A DNA stretch of 64,000 nucleotides from Candidatus Latescibacterota bacterium (GTDB lineage: Bacteria > Latescibacterota > UBA2968 > GCA-2709665): NCBI GenBank assembly GCA_965219995.1, contig CBDCOX010000002.1, positions 2,624,001-2,688,000 of the forward strand, in the 5' to 3' direction. The number at the start of each line of letters is the position of its first letter. The first letter of the stretch is position 1. The translations under genes were made by a program, and so were the position numbers. This document shows, piece after piece, positions 63,819 through 64,000 of the stretch. A model generated the notes under the pieces. That model was given only the letters and a program-made list of their open reading frames with translations, had not been told where the DNA came from and made no database searches.

Positions 63819-64000
63819 ACGGCAGCAGGGGTTTCATGGCCTCTTTGAGTTCGGCCATTTCAATTTCCGTGAGGGGCTTTACGGGTTTGCGGCACGGGCC
63901 CACGGGTCTGCCGGACAGATTGGTTGCGGCCTTTACGGAAGCGTTGTATACGTGGGTCCAGAAAAAACGGTTGGCGGGAAACATGCGACGCCAGAGGTCA
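63817..64000 (-). CDS. C-terminal fragment of a DapA (dihydrodipicolinate synthase)-family protein
   Basis: Hand translation: ..LWRRMFPANRFFWTHVYNASVKAATNLSGRPVGPCRKPVKPLTEIEMAELKEAMKPLLP*. Confidence 0.6.
   Translation of the reverse strand, partial: DLWRRMFPANRFFWTHVYNASVKAATNLSGRPVGPCRKPVKPLTEIEMAELKEAMKPLLP

Overview
A GC-rich bacterial window. WD40, FN3 and Ig-repeat proteins carrying a shared C-terminal paired-EF-hand (dockerin-like) domain suggest a Latescibacterota/Poribacteria-like lineage; this is inference only. Main contents from left to right: (1) 1-7.2 kb, a peptide export locus with an HlyD adaptor, a C39-peptidase ABC transporter bearing N-terminal cyclic-nucleotide-binding domains, a CPBP/Abi protease, a small membrane protein and two distinct double-glycine-leader precursor genes, one of them hidden inside a longer ORF in the track. 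(2) GtrA plus a DUF2723/TMEM260-like glycosyltransferase, followed by several metabolic genes. (3) About 17.2-25.4 kb, a lower-GC defence-like island with a single-ORF XRE-HTH + N6-adenine methyltransferase + BsuBI/PstI-family endonuclease, two membrane pentapeptide-repeat paralogs and an HTH-ImmA/IrrE + PIN pair. This island lies within an ~11-kb block that separates attH from its ABC-transporter partners. (4) A selenoprotein SelD with an in-frame UGA and a SECIS-like hairpin, truncated in the ORF track. (5) Housekeeping and transport genes: trmB, fetAB-like genes, dCMP deaminase, a TonB receptor, a BCCT transporter, and a PTS-IIA/PII-like/two-antiporter module. (6) A large repeat-built surface protein paired with a Zn-peptidase-WD40 protein, then a heparinase II/III-like gene, csp, sthA and an RluA-family gene, plus an inverted heptamer-repeat element. 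No rRNA, tRNA, CRISPR array, integrase or transposase was seen. All calls come from motif recognition by eye; no database searches were run.
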